A stretch of DNA of 64,000 nucleotides, taken from assembly GCA_964016885.1 (NCBI GenBank), contig OZ024740.1, positions 189,534,001 through 189,598,000 on the forward strand, read 5' to 3'. Numbering within the stretch: position 1 is the stretch's first letter; each line of letters begins with the position of its first letter. The DNA is from Eledone cirrhosa. Taxonomy: Eukaryota. The notes below the pieces were generated by a model that had not been told where the DNA came from, made no database searches, and saw only the letters and a program-made list of their open reading frames with translations. The translations under genes and the position numbers were made by a program. Shown here piece by piece: positions 26,011 to 42,522 of this stretch.

Positions 26011-27709
26011 TAAATCTATGGATGGTCGGAGGAAGTGTAATGAGTTATAGAGACAATTACAGACAAATATTCTTCTACATTTGCAAACTTTCCCATCTGT
26101 ATATTAACGGTTTACATCGCTATTACAGATATTTATATTATCATCCGGCCAAAGGTTGATGGATTGGCAGAATTGGTAGATTGGTATTTGTTTTGGCTCT
26201 TTACATAGTGAGATCAATTACTTGTCAAGTGCAGGGGTTCATTTAATAATTTGTCCCTTGTCCCTAAACCAAAAATCCTCCAGCCATTACATTGTCAATA
26301 GAATTCATCCAAAATCAACGCACTGAACAACACTCTCTGTGTCCTGAACTGAGGCTATTGGGACTCCGCCAATTCTGAGAAGTACTGCAAAGGTCAAGGT
26401 CATTGCCTAGAACTTGATGGACACTGCTGGCAAATGTTATAGCTTCTCTCTAAATGTAACTAACTGGTTAAACGAATACCAACCTTGGGAACAAAAGAAG
26501 TTAACCTCTGAAACACGAGAGACACTTAATTGAGTTAGTGAAACAACCAAGAACATTTTTTTCACTAAGTCGGTGAATTGGCAGTCGCTAGAACGTCGGA
26601 TAAAGTACTCCATAAGGAGTTACCGGACCATACCATATGTAACCTAAGAAGTACTCTGTCTAAAAATGAAAGACTAGTAAGCATTGTCCATTAGGCAGAA
26701 CATTATACCACGTTCGTTTACCAGGTGATGGAAGATATATTGGCTCCGCGTGATCATAAAAATAAAGATTTTTAAACTGTCTATTTGCGGATGATTATGT
26801 CAAATAGCTATGTTTGATTCAGTTCACAGGTGAAAGACATTTAGCTCGCATTCATCTAACATATTTGAAAAAAGGATACATTGACCCATGAGGAATCTAT
26901 GAATGTTATAGTAATGAATTGTTAAGCCATTTCTGGAAGAGTCACTTATATTCACAGTAGAAGACATTTTATTTCTCATACATTTCAAATGACCATTAAC
27001 AAGCATAAATGTGAAGTTAATGGAAGCTGAATTAGTGTAACATTGTAGGGCATAACATGAAAGTTGGCGTTCTTAAGCCAAATGCGTTAGACTGTTTCAT
27101 TTCACAGTTTAAACAAATTTTGTTCGCATTCGTCAGGAATGACCTTGAAAAAATGTGAATGATCTGTCATATACTCATTCTTATTCATCTTCTTTAATTG
27201 TTCAGGCCTTGAACCTATGTCATAAATCAATATTACACCATTATTGATTTCTGTGATAGAAGATTCTTCGTTTATTATAACCCTAGTTTATATTCGTTTT
27301 GAACGGCAAAAAATACTGGCTGGTATCTACATCAAAGGATCCCCGAAAATAAAGAATCTATTATTATTTCCCTTAAGAACTACAAAGTAAATAGATGGAT
27401 AAATAAACAAATAAAATAATAAACCAAACAGAAATACAAGAAAATCGAGTCGAATTCAAAGAAGTGAATACATCACGAAATATGATATTGGAAAACAAAA
27501 GCCGGCATCATCAATAAAATATATTTTTTAACTCTCTTACTACGAGCAATATTGCAGCTATTAGATCATCAGATAAAACGAGGCGTCCTTGCTTATTTTC
27601 TAATTAATGATATTACTTGGCATAGCAATTTCAGCCTGAACATTACTGCATGTCCGTTCTCTTGAAGATGTGAAACCGGGAAAAATGTATATGTAAAGAA
27701 AATCGATAT

Positions 27710-27744
<35 letters not shown>

Positions 27745-27748
27745 TTGT

Positions 27749-27788
<40 letters not shown>

Positions 27789-28194
27789 TACATACATAAA
27801 AATTATATATACAGACACACACGCATATATAGTATGGTATAAACGTTTACGACTCATTACGATAAATTTAAGTAATTTACAAACGCAAAATAAGACAGAA
27901 AATTGAATAGAACCGCCTACGGGTATCGAATTTCATATAGTCTCTATAATCTACGATATCATTATACAGTAGTTATCCAACAATTTAGCGTAAACATTTC
28001 CCTGGATAAGTTACACTTTTTGAGTCCAATGAAATAATCTGCATTCGGCGTGAAAGTATCCGGTAAAATAATGTAATGTCCTGTAACATCGATATTAGTT
28101 AACTATGTGGCTTTACTACGGGTGTATAACTCTCTAACAATTTATTGATAATTGCACACACACACACACACACACACTCGCGCGCGCGCGCGCG

Positions 28195-28268
<74 letters not shown>

Positions 28269-28419
28269 ACCTCCTCCATATATATATATATATAAATATA
28301 TATACATACTAGCCGAATTACCCGAGCCTTGCTGTGTTTCACACACTTTTTTGTAGGAAAATGATGATTGATTTTAAATCAGTGATATAATTTATGGAGA
28401 AAGACTCTGCATTTCAAAT

Positions 28420-28612
28420 GGTGGATTGGCAGTATCGGTAGAGGGTCGGACGCCATGCTTTGCAGCAAAGAGTTACGGAACTTGCCATTCTGAGTTTAAA
28501 TCCCGCCGCCAAGGTTCACTTTGCCTTTCATCCTTACGGGGTCGATAAAATAAAATATCAGTAATGCACTGGGATAATTGGTGGTCTTGTGCCAAAAGTA
28601 GAAACAATTATT
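28420..28612 (+). mobile_element. tRNA-related SINE
   Basis: TGGCAGTATCGGTAGAG head, GAGTTTAAATCCC box, conserved central GCCTTTCATCC..GGGGTCGATAAA, short (ATT) tail. Confidence 0.75.
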
Positions 28613-29012
28613 ACTCAATGTAAAATGTAATGCATGAAAAATTGGAAAACATTATTTTTTGTAATATATCAAATCAAAATTACCTTATTAAATCTTATTC
28701 TTATTTTGTTTCTTGTAAATTATTTTTTTAAAAATATCAATTCAAAACTTTTGTGAATAGGCATCATATCTTGTCATTTACCTATAGTTTAAGTTTCATA
28801 TAAATCGAAGGGAAAACATTTTCAACGGGGGTTTTTCAGTGAGGATTTGAGGCACCGGAGAACCCCTTGATTACAATGAAATATACTTATCCAAGTACCC
28901 TGGGCAATGCAGTTTCAGAATATATAGGGTTATGGGGGGGGGGGGGGGACTATCTCCAAAAGCATAAGAGGAGTTCGTGAAAAAACAAACAAACAGACAG
29001 GAACTACAATTT

Positions 29013-29096
<84 letters not shown>

Positions 29097-30096
29097 TACA
29101 TATAGGGAGTGTAACTTGGAGTTACTGAAGGTTCACCCGGCTGAGCACTCGATGTTTAGGTTCACTTCTGTGTTGAGGTGTAGAGCTATACAGAGTGTAA
29201 TATATTGAACGGATAACAAGGACGATTGGTTACTCGTCATTACATTTATTGGTAGGTGACGCGCGTTTCGCCACTGATCACCTCAAGGTTCGATCTACAT
29301 CTATCTTATCCGACTCAATAATCGGCAGCTCAACGGACCCTTTAAAATGGTATAAGAAAATGAATACATGCCATCTGATAAAGTCAGAAGTTCATAAGTT
29401 GTACAATATGAGTTGTTTTGATTGGTGGAAAGGATCATAGTTATGTATTGGCTTGTAGTGTATGTGGCGCTGGTGTGATGATAAGATGTTGGTGACGGTC
29501 GCTGGCTGCGATGGGCTGTAATGTAGGGATGGCGGATTGACTTTCGCCTTTAGTGTATGTCGGGGTGGATGTGATGATAAGATGGTGGTGACGGTCGCTG
29601 ACTGGGATGGGCTGTGGTGTGCGGTTAGTGGATTGTCGGTAGACAGTTTGGCATATATTTTTGGCTCGTTATTGTGTGGGGTGTGGTTGTGGTGTTGTTG
29701 GTTATGGTAGTGGCGTTTGTGGTGGTGTGGTGGATGTGTTGGTGGTGTCATGTCCATGGGGAGGTACATATCTAGACACTCTTAGTTTGACAAATACGTT
29801 GTATATATATAGATGCGCATATGTACTGACATATATACATACACACCTATATACACACACATATACACACGCCCACATACATCCACACGTACATATATCT
29901 ATATGCATATATGCATATGCGCACGTGTGGATATATAGAGACAGGGGGGGGGAGTATCGATGGGTGTGGCGTAGTATAAAGATAGAGGGAGGGTGAGACA
30001 ATGGAGATGGTGTTGTACATATAGACATACACATACATACACACATACACACACATACACATATTCATATACACATATACACATACACACAGATAT

Positions 30097-30137
<41 letters not shown>

Positions 30138-30719
30138 TATATATATACGCACACATATATAAAAATACTTACACACAGACACACACACTTGCATTGGTTC
30201 GAGAGGGAAGGTATGTGTTGGCGATGTTAATGAAGTTAATGAATGTTGAGGTATGGAGTTGTGCCTTGTGGTGGCGGTGGTGGAGTTGTGAGCGACAAAA
30301 ATATACAGGATCGAATAATACGATGGGTTACAAGTTAAAAGGTGACATAGGGAACATGGGGGAGTAAGGTTGCGGGTGTGGGATGGTAGACATATAACGA
30401 TGTGTGCGATGGTTGTGGTTTTGGTGGTGACAATGGGGTGATATGATCGGATGTTACTATGGTTTGCAAGGTAAAACCTGACAGAGATGACAGATAGAAC
30501 ACAAAGTTGCAAAGATGAGGGGTGTATGGCGATGTGATTTTTGGTGCGGGTGATATATGCGTCATGATATATAATATACGGGCTTGCAAATGGTTACATG
30601 CAATGCAATAAAATAAATTAACTGAGATGAGGGATGGTGAGACGGGGCAGAAGTCGTTATTATTATGCTGGGTCATGGTTAGTGTGCGGCCCTCCGCCGA
30701 ATGTTTGTGCAAATCATGG

Positions 30720-31300
30720 AATAGCTTAGATATGGCTAGACATAAGATAGGGAAAGCCACCTCATGGTACAACAACCAGAGATACCAGAGTGTAATGTTT
30801 GTGGACGCTACCCCTGGAGGGAAATTAGCTAACCAGTGTAGAAAGGCCCTGAGAAAGACCCACTTAAAGATTAAGATGGTAGAAAAGCAAGGAACCACCA
30901 TAAAATCCCTGATCAGCAAAACCTACCCTTTTAAGAAAACCCACTGTACTAATAGGAAATGTATCACATGTAAGGTCAACCCCCGGATAAACTGTAACAC
31001 TAGAAACGTAGTCTATAGCATAAGATGTACATAGGGTACTTGCAGAAACATGACAACAACATACATAGGCGAGACAGCTCGTAGCATAGGTGAAAGGATA
31101 GACTAACACTGTGGGGAACTAAAAGGACGAAAAAACGGTTCAGTACTATACGAACATGCCAGACAGCAACACGACGGTAACATAGACAACATAGAAATTA
31201 GAATAATATCTAAACATAAAAATGACCCAGCAGATAGGCCAGTGAAATAGAACTTAGAAGGCCAAGGCTAAACAGAAAGAAGGAATGGAATAACAACAAC
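30720..31300 (+). pseudogene. PLE C-terminal GIY-YIG fragment
   Basis: VMFVDATPGG..CTNRKCITC..CNTRNVVYSIRC*..TYIGETARSIGER..LYEH..H. Confidence 0.85.
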
Positions 31301-31597
31301 ACCCAAACAAACAACACTGACTTAAGAGAAGTATAACTAAATAAATAGATAAATAAATAAATAAATACATACACAAGCACAATAACAACAAACACATATA
31401 AACACACACTAGTAAATTTAGAATACATTAACCAATACACAGTCACCCAATCACGAACACACATCAAACAAAACACTATACACACATGCAAACGAATGCG
31501 CAAAGAAGACAAAATAAAATAAACAAATAAATAAATATATAAACAGACTAAATAAAGATGGCGTAGAAAATACAATGCAACGGGAGGAAACAATAGC

Positions 31598-31640
31598 ACC
31601 ACTGACGATGTTGCAGATGTGCAACGAAAGAACTTTGATA
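31598..31640 (+). ncRNA. Hammerhead ribozyme downstream of the GIY-YIG fragment
   Basis: CTGACGA-T-GTTGCA/TGCAAC-GAAA-GAAC-TT; stem I degraded. Confidence 0.65.
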
Positions 31641-31886
31641 AACTATATCTATGTGCTTGTGTCTATATTGTATCTGTATTATTTTTGACAGTTGGTCAGT
31701 CAATGGCAACATTGAGGACTGAATAAATTAGATTACCGATATAAAAGACACAGAAGCGAAAAGCGAAAACCAACAAAACAGTGAGTGTGTTCTATTATTA
31801 ATTCTGGCAGTATTACACAAATATGACCCTCCCCAAGTATAACAATATTTGTTTCGACACACGATTGCATATCAAAAACATCGCAA

Positions 31887-31929
<43 letters not shown>

Positions 31930-31930
31930 T

Positions 31931-32005
<75 letters not shown>

Positions 32006-32029
32006 TGTGTGTATGTGTGTACATATACA

Positions 32030-33595
32030 TCAGGTTACCGTGCAGTGGGCTCATCCGAGATACTGGAGAGCAGGGCGTCAAGACATCTCTTGAAAACATC
32101 CACGTCCACACCATACAGATCTCTCAAATTTCCTGGCAGCTCATTGAGGAGTTGAGAGCCTTTGAACCCCAGGCTATTGCAATATCTGCTCGTTATTCTA
32201 GATGTGAAAGACGGCACCTTTCACACCACACAGTGGCGTCCTGTTCGGGGCTTGGTCCAGCTCTCAATTCCAAAGTTTGGTGCTAGTCCCTCCTGTATTT
32301 TCTATATCTATATTACTGCGTATCCCTCCCGTCTTCGTTCCAAAGAGTAGAGTTTCAGTTCTTTTATCCTCTGCCAGTAGCTTATCTTCTTCATTGTAGC
32401 TTCGTTGGATTGCCTCAAGCATTGTGGTTAGTTTGATACTGCTGGGAGCAGTATTCCAGGCGGCGCTATGACAAATGTCCTCCATAGTTTCAACATGGCC
32501 TCTTGGTCGCTTGTCCGGAAATTCCTCAAGATCCAGCCCGCGAGTCGTCTGCACATTGTCGCTACCCTCAGTATGTGTGAAGAAAAAGATCATCATCGTT
32601 CATGTCTATCTCCTGGTCTCTTACCGATTTCGATCCCTCCTGGTCCGGTGTAGCCATCGTTGTACTCCCTTTGTATTAGCAGGTTGGTATTGTAGGGTTT
32701 GACATTTTCCAGCATTAAACTGCATGTTGTTGTCCTCATCACATTTCCATATTTTGTTTCAAAAGCGTAGCATCAGCCGGGATTTTGATAGCCTGTGCTA
32801 CCTTTGTGTCACCAGCATAGCTAGTGAAGGATGTTGTATGTACTACAGGAGGCATGTCTTAGAGAATCTCCAAAAATAGTAGTGGTCCCAAGACTGTGCC
32901 ATGGGCACCCCACTTGTTTTTGATGTTTCTTTGAGATGGTTCCATTGGCTGCAACAGTCTGTCTTCTGTCTTTTAAAAATGAGTCAGCCACTCACCTACT
33001 TTTCCAGTTAGGCCAAGTCTATGTAGTTTCTGACAAATCATTCCGCTGTCGACCTTGTCAAAAGCCTTCGCAAAGTCAAGATATATCACGTCCACATGTG
33101 AGTTGTCCAGCAGTTGTTTCAGAATCCAGTCGTAGTGTTGCAACAGCTGTGTAAGGCAGCTTCTTCCTGCGTGAAAGCGATGATCAGAGGTAGTTAGGCG
33201 GTAATTTTCCTCGAGGAACGTGATCAGTTTCTTTCTGATGATTCGCTCCATGAGTTTACAGATATGTGACGTCAGTGAGTTTGGCCTGTAGTTTTTGGCC
33301 CCCGCTCTGCTTCCTTCTTTATAGATAGGGCATGCTGTGCCCTTTAGCTCTCTGTGTAGTTTATCCCTATCCAAAGAACTTCTGAAGGGGATCCTCAGTG
33401 GTTTTCCTGAGGCATATTTACATGTTTTTAGGAGGACTGCTGGAAATCCATCAGATCCAGCAGATGAGTTTGTTAGAATTTCGTTTATGGCGGTTATCAT
33501 ATCTCCCTCCGTTATGTATATGTGTTTGATGGTCACCATTTCTTCGTGGAGTGTTGTGGCATCAAATACATCCTCTGGCTTTGTTATTTTCATGT
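32030..33595 (-). mobile_element. CR1-like non-LTR retrotransposon RT fragment
   Basis: SSAGSDG, NYRPNSLTS..KLMER, RSCLTQLL, VDVIYLDFAKAFDKV; downstream GVP.GTVLGPLLF and YAGDTK in broken frames. Confidence 0.88.
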
Positions 33596-33600
33596 CGCTC

Positions 33601-33642
<42 letters not shown>

Positions 33643-33778
33643 AGTGTAATTTTCTACACAAAACGAAGGTTATAGAGAAAATTGAGGTTGGTAATGGCAC
33701 ATGGAATATATAAGAGACAGAATACTTTTTTGTGAAAAAACATAATTTTATAAGGTAAGGAAATAATAAAGGGTATAA

Positions 33779-33826
33779 AAAATGACCGGTTTCGATGGGT
33801 CTGCAAAAGCCATCTTTTCAAATGTT
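33779..33826 (-). ncRNA. Hammerhead U3:A8 variant (mirror copy)
   Basis: Reverse complement of 36020-36067. Confidence 0.65.
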
Positions 33827-34290
33827 GATTAATATTAAGAAAAATTAATAATACGAAGAGTTAAAACTTGAGATTTGAAAATTCAAGTATAAAATTCATT
33901 GTGGGATTTCATAGCAGTTTTCATCTAGGTAGCAACAACAGGTTGACTGCTGTGTCCCTTTCTGTTAGTGAATGAGAAGTTATTTGGGGTGTGGGTTATT
34001 TTATAAAGGTCAGATTTAGCAATCGTCAACTGGCCAGCTGCTGGTCAGTGAGGGGGTGGAAGCAATATACATACACATATCTTCCTGTGGTGGGTAGGAG
34101 AGTGGAGCGTGATAGAAAGGGATTTAGTGCACTTACACCTATATATACACACATACCTTCACCCACACATACATACATATACATATACATATACATATAT
34201 ATATATATATATACATATACACACATACATACACACACACATACATATACATACACACATACACACACATATATACACATACACACCCAC

Positions 34291-34337
<47 letters not shown>

Positions 34338-34458
34338 TATATATACATACACATACATCCAGATACACACATACATACACACACACACACACATATATAT
34401 ATACATACACACATACAAACATACACACACACACACACATATATACACATACACACAC

Positions 34459-34490
<32 letters not shown>

Positions 34491-34620
34491 GCACACACAA
34501 TACATACATCCACATGCACACACATATACACACACACATATACACATACATACACCCACACACAGAGAAATGGCCTCCAAATATATATATATATACATAC
34601 AGACACATATATTTTTTCCA

Positions 34621-34888
34621 TGGGTGCAAACACAACTACATAGGACAGACGGGCACCTCATTACGCAAAAGAATGATCATCCACCGCCAACAAATCCGGG
34701 ACGCTAACACAAGAAAAATCCCCTTGAGCAGCCATATTGCGAACTGCGCAGGAATGACACTACCCAACTTTAAAATTTTCCCCTTCTACAAGTGCTCAGA
34801 TTCGTTCACACAGCAACAAAGAATAAACAAAGAAAATCTATTCCTTAACAAATTTAAACCAAAACTAAACGGGTTATCACGCCAATAG
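34621..34888 (+). pseudogene. GIY-YIG endonuclease C-terminal fragment
   Basis: GCKHNYIGQTGTSLRKRM..KIPLSSHIANC..FKIFPFYK..KENLFLNKFKPKLN; homologous to 12640-12901. Confidence 0.85.
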
Positions 34889-35283
34889 AATTGTCATAAA
34901 ATATAAACACACATACGCACGGAATCACTACTATTAAAGACCAGAGACCAATTCTGTAGAATCAGGTTTATTCGTTGACAGACCATGCCTTTGTGTGACC
35001 AACACATCCATGTTAAACCCTGCACGTGCACACACATATATCTATATATATATGCGCACACAGAATTCACCACTGTCGGTTGCGGGGCCCAATCTACATG
35101 AAGAACTCAATGTGATCTTGTATTTTAATTTCACTGTCCCAACTTCTTATATTATGGAAAAAATATATGTGTCTGTATGTATATATATATATATATTTGG
35201 AGGCCATTTCTCTGTGTGTGGGTGTATGTATGTGTATATGTGTGTGTGTGTGTATATGTGTGTGCATGTGGATGTATGTATTG

Positions 35284-35327
<44 letters not shown>

Positions 35328-35417
35328 TGTGTGTATGTGTATATATGTGTGTGTGTGTGTATGTTTGTATGTGTGTATGTATATATATATATATGTGTGT
35401 GTGTGTATGATGTGTGG

Positions 35418-35449
<32 letters not shown>

Positions 35450-35520
35450 GTGTGTATATATATATATGTGTGTGTGTGTGTATGTATGTGTGTATCTGGA
35501 TGTATGTGTATGTATATATA

Positions 35521-35571
<51 letters not shown>

Positions 35572-36019
35572 ATGTGTATATATGTGTGTGTATGTGTGTA
35601 TGTATATGTATATGTGTGTGTATGTATGTGTGTATATGTATATATATATATATATATGTATATGTATATGTATGTATGTGTGGGTGAAGGTATGTGTGTA
35701 TATATAGGTGTAAGTGCACTAAATCCCTTTCTATCACGCTCCACTCTCCTACCCACCACAGGAAGATATGTGTATGTATATTGCTTCCACCCCCTCACTG
35801 ACCAGCAGCTGGCCAGTTGACGATTGCTAAATCTGACCTTTATAAAATAACCCACACCCCAAATAACTTCTCATTCACTACCAGAAAGGGACACAGCAGT
35901 CAACCTGTTGTTGCTACCTAGATGAAAACTGCTATGAAATCCCACAATGAATTTTATACTTGAATTTTCAAATCTCAAGTTTTAACTCTTCGTATTATTA
36001 ATTTTTCTTAATATTAATC

Positions 36020-36067
36020 AACATTTGAAAAGATGGCTTTTGCAGACCCATCGAAACCGGTCATTTT
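36020..36067 (+). ncRNA. Hammerhead U3:A8 variant
   Basis: AACAT-TTGAAAA-GATGG/CCATC-GAAA-CCGG-TC-ATTTT. Confidence 0.65.
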
Positions 36068-36166
36068 TTATACCCTTTATTATTTCCTTACCTTATAAAA
36101 TTATGTTTTTTCACAAAAAAGTATTCTGTCTCTTATATATTCCATGTGCCATTACCAAACTCAATT

Positions 36167-36249
<83 letters not shown>

Positions 36250-36516
36250 TATTGGTGCTTGAAATAGTGATGTATACATGAATGCATGTACAGTATATTT
36301 GGCAATATATTATATGTTTAATTAAAATCATTTTGAAGACCATTCGCCATGGGTTTTAACATAGTGACTATGTCACTTACTTATTCTCGGCCAAAGCAAA
36401 AAGAGTGATCAATTTTTGCTGGACCGGCAACTGCTGTTTAATCAGCTCTTAAATATTACTCGAATTTTATGAGAATTCAGCTCCTATAACCCTCGGCAGA
36501 AGCGAAGGTGTGAGTA

Positions 36517-36557
36517 GTCTTGAGAAACGCTAACGAGCGAGAAAAAGTACTGTCGAT
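36517..36557 (+). ncRNA. Hammerhead, U3:A8 variant
   Basis: GTC-TTGAGAA-A-CGC/GCG-A-GAAA-AAGTACTG-TC-GAT. Confidence 0.6.
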
Positions 36558-36781
36558 CAGTCTTTTTTGCTTTTGCTCGGAATAAGTAAGTGACATAGTC
36601 ACTGCTTTAAATCTCATAGTGAATGGTCTTCAAAATATATTTAATTAAACATACAGTATATTGCCAGATATACTATACATACATACGAACACCAATCCTA
36701 ATATCTAATTTTTGCTGAATTTTACTGGAATTCTATAGGAATCCAGCTTCTGTAAATTTCGGCGAAAGCAGGGGAGAACGT

Positions 36782-36823
36782 GACTCTGATGAACGCCAAC
36801 CAGGGTGAAACAGACTCTCAGCT
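36782..36823 (+). ncRNA. Hammerhead ribozyme
   Basis: GACT-CTGATGA-AC..GT-GAAA-CAGACTC-TC-AGCT. Confidence 0.7.
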
Positions 36824-37097
36824 TATCTCCCTTCTTTCGCTGAAAAGAAGTAAGTGACATATTCACTACTTTAAAACTGATAGCGCATGATTTTCTAAAT
36901 GTTTTAAAATAAACATACGGTATATTGCCAAATATACTATAAATACATTCATGTATACATCGCCATTTCAGAGCACCAAACCTAATGCCTAATTATTGCT
37001 AGACCGGCAATCGCTCTGTATAATCAGCTCCTGATTATTACTGGAATTCTATGAGAATCCAGCTTCTATAATTTTCGGCGAAATCAGAGGTGTATGT

Positions 37098-37132
37098 GGC
37101 TCTGATGAACACCAACTAGCGTGAAACAGACT
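37098..37132 (+). ncRNA. Hammerhead 5' part, ending just before the cleavage site
   Basis: GGCT-CTGATGA-AC..GT-GAAA-CAGACT, then different sequence. Confidence 0.6.
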
Positions 37133-37174
37133 ATACATACTATACATACATTCAAATACACACACACACACACA

Positions 37175-38092
<918 letters not shown>

Positions 38093-38708
38093 TAAAGAGC
38101 AGAGTATAATACTATAAGAATACTAAGCATATCTTACGACCTTTCAATTACAGAGTCAGGTTCGATATTTAATAGATCTTGCCTCGAGCTGATCGATAGA
38201 GTAACATATGTAATATGTTAAATCTATTATGATGCAACACTGAATTCTTGTTCCTTATCCTTATAGTATATATATATAACGATGAATAATACTAGTCTAG
38301 TACTACGGTTGACTTTTCTCTATATCTCTTCCCTCAATTCCTCTCTCTCATATTCTATCCTATTTTGTAAGGAATCAACTGTGTCCAGACTTGTAGAGCG
38401 ATGGTGTGTTATTGAAATTATTAATCTGGTAATGCAAGACGTCGAAATGGTAGGTAAAAAAAAACACGGAGAAATGAAATGTCTGAGTAAATGTCAGGGA
38501 TAAGAATGGAAATGTGGCTAGGTAGATATCAAATAAAGAATAATACAGAAATTGAAGTCATGGTTGTTTCATGGAAATGATAAACATGGGGGAAGGGAAA
38601 CTAGAACGAGGCTGTCATGTATCAATATATATATGAGAATTAATTATCTAAAAGATATTCCAAGTCATATTGTCACCACATACACGCACATATACACACA
38701 CAGACACG

Positions 38709-38787
<79 letters not shown>

Positions 38788-38922
38788 ATATGTATATATA
38801 TATATATTGATATGTATATATACATATATATATGTATATATACATATATATATTTATATATATATGTATTGATATGTATATATATATATATATTGATATG
38901 TATATATACATATATATATATT

Positions 38923-38955
<33 letters not shown>

Positions 38956-38977
38956 ATATATATTTAATATAGAAGAC

Positions 38978-39024
38978 ATTCTACAGGACTAGAACTGTTT
39001 CATTCATTAGAAATCATCAGGAAT
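38978..39024 (-). ncRNA. Hammerhead ribozyme (left half of a back-to-back pair)
   Basis: Reverse complement: ATTC-CTGATGA-..-GAAA-CAG/CTG-TA-GAAT. Confidence 0.8.
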
Positions 39025-39026
39025 CA

Positions 39027-39079
39027 GAGATTCCTGATGATTTCTAATGAATGAAACAGTTCTAGTCCTGTAGAATCTC
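39027..39079 (+). ncRNA. Hammerhead ribozyme (right half of a back-to-back pair)
   Basis: GAGATTC-CTGATGA-TTC/GAA-GAAA-CAG-TTCTAGTC-CTG-TA-GAATCTC. Confidence 0.88.
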
Positions 39080-39176
39080 TTCTATATTAAAACTTTTATA
39101 CTCTGCTATTATTGAGTACCTTACTTACTGTGGTTACCTCCGATTCAACCCGGAATAACGTACATATATATATATT

Positions 39177-39285
<109 letters not shown>

Positions 39286-39330
39286 ATATGTATATATATA
39301 TATTTATATATATATATATATATTATATTG

Positions 39331-39401
<71 letters not shown>

Positions 39402-39689
39402 TATATATTTAATTACGAGTGAGTTGAGTAAGTAAATAAATAAATAAATACATAAAATCTGTGTCGGAAAAACGATATTTCTTAATTCGAACTGAAGTAT
39501 GCAACACACTTTCTTGCTATACTGTCAGGTTATATTTTTCAGAAATCATAATCAGTTTTCTATTAAGTTTGAGGACGAAATCTTCCAGAAAATCATTAAG
39601 TTAAAATAGATAAATAGATAAACAAGTAAACCGACAAATATGTTACACTTATATTATTTTCGTACTTACACACTCACATATATTTATAT

Positions 39690-42327
<2,638 letters not shown>

Positions 42328-42456
42328 AAGTTATATTTAAAATTGTTGGGTTACAACTAGTAAATATTTATAACTGATATAAAAGCACTCGACAAATATT
42401 TGGGGTATATTTACAATATTAAATAAATGGAAAACTATATTTATAAAACCAATATT

Positions 42457-42522
42457 TATTTCATTATATATATTTCGGGGATATCATATTAACAATATGC
42501 TCTGCCTTCATCAGACAAAATA
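42457..42522 (-). ncRNA. Type I hammerhead ribozyme
   Basis: Reverse complement: TATTTTGT-CTGATGA-(CATATT/AATATG)-GAAA-TATATA-TA-ATGAAATA. Confidence 0.85.

Larger units (their letters stand above)
33673..36170 (+). mobile_element. 5'-truncated Neptune-type PLE with a ~950-bp upstream inverted pLTR copy
   Basis: 33673-34622 is the inverted copy of ~35153-36170; the loop holds the GIY-YIG end. Confidence 0.9.
36246..37135 (+). mobile_element. Tandem array of HHR monomers (retrozyme-like) with an inverted partial unit
   Basis: HHR cores at 36520, 36786 and 37102 (spacing 266 and 316); shared AAGTGACATAGTCACT..TATATTGCCAAATATACT blocks; 36246-36410 is inverted. Confidence 0.85.

Noticed and set aside
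15560-28100. Host exons in the less repetitive stretches
   Set aside because: No recognisable protein motif; small exons cannot be excluded without transcript data
10687-28612. tRNA genes
   Set aside because: The tRNA-like boxes lack a full cloverleaf and continue into SINE bodies
29250-29285. Half hammerhead on minus (GAAA-CGCGCG-TC)
   Set aside because: No CUGAnGA half found upstream
36246-37135. CRISPR-like array
   Set aside because: Whole ~300-bp units repeat with no unique spacers; eukaryotic context and no cas genes
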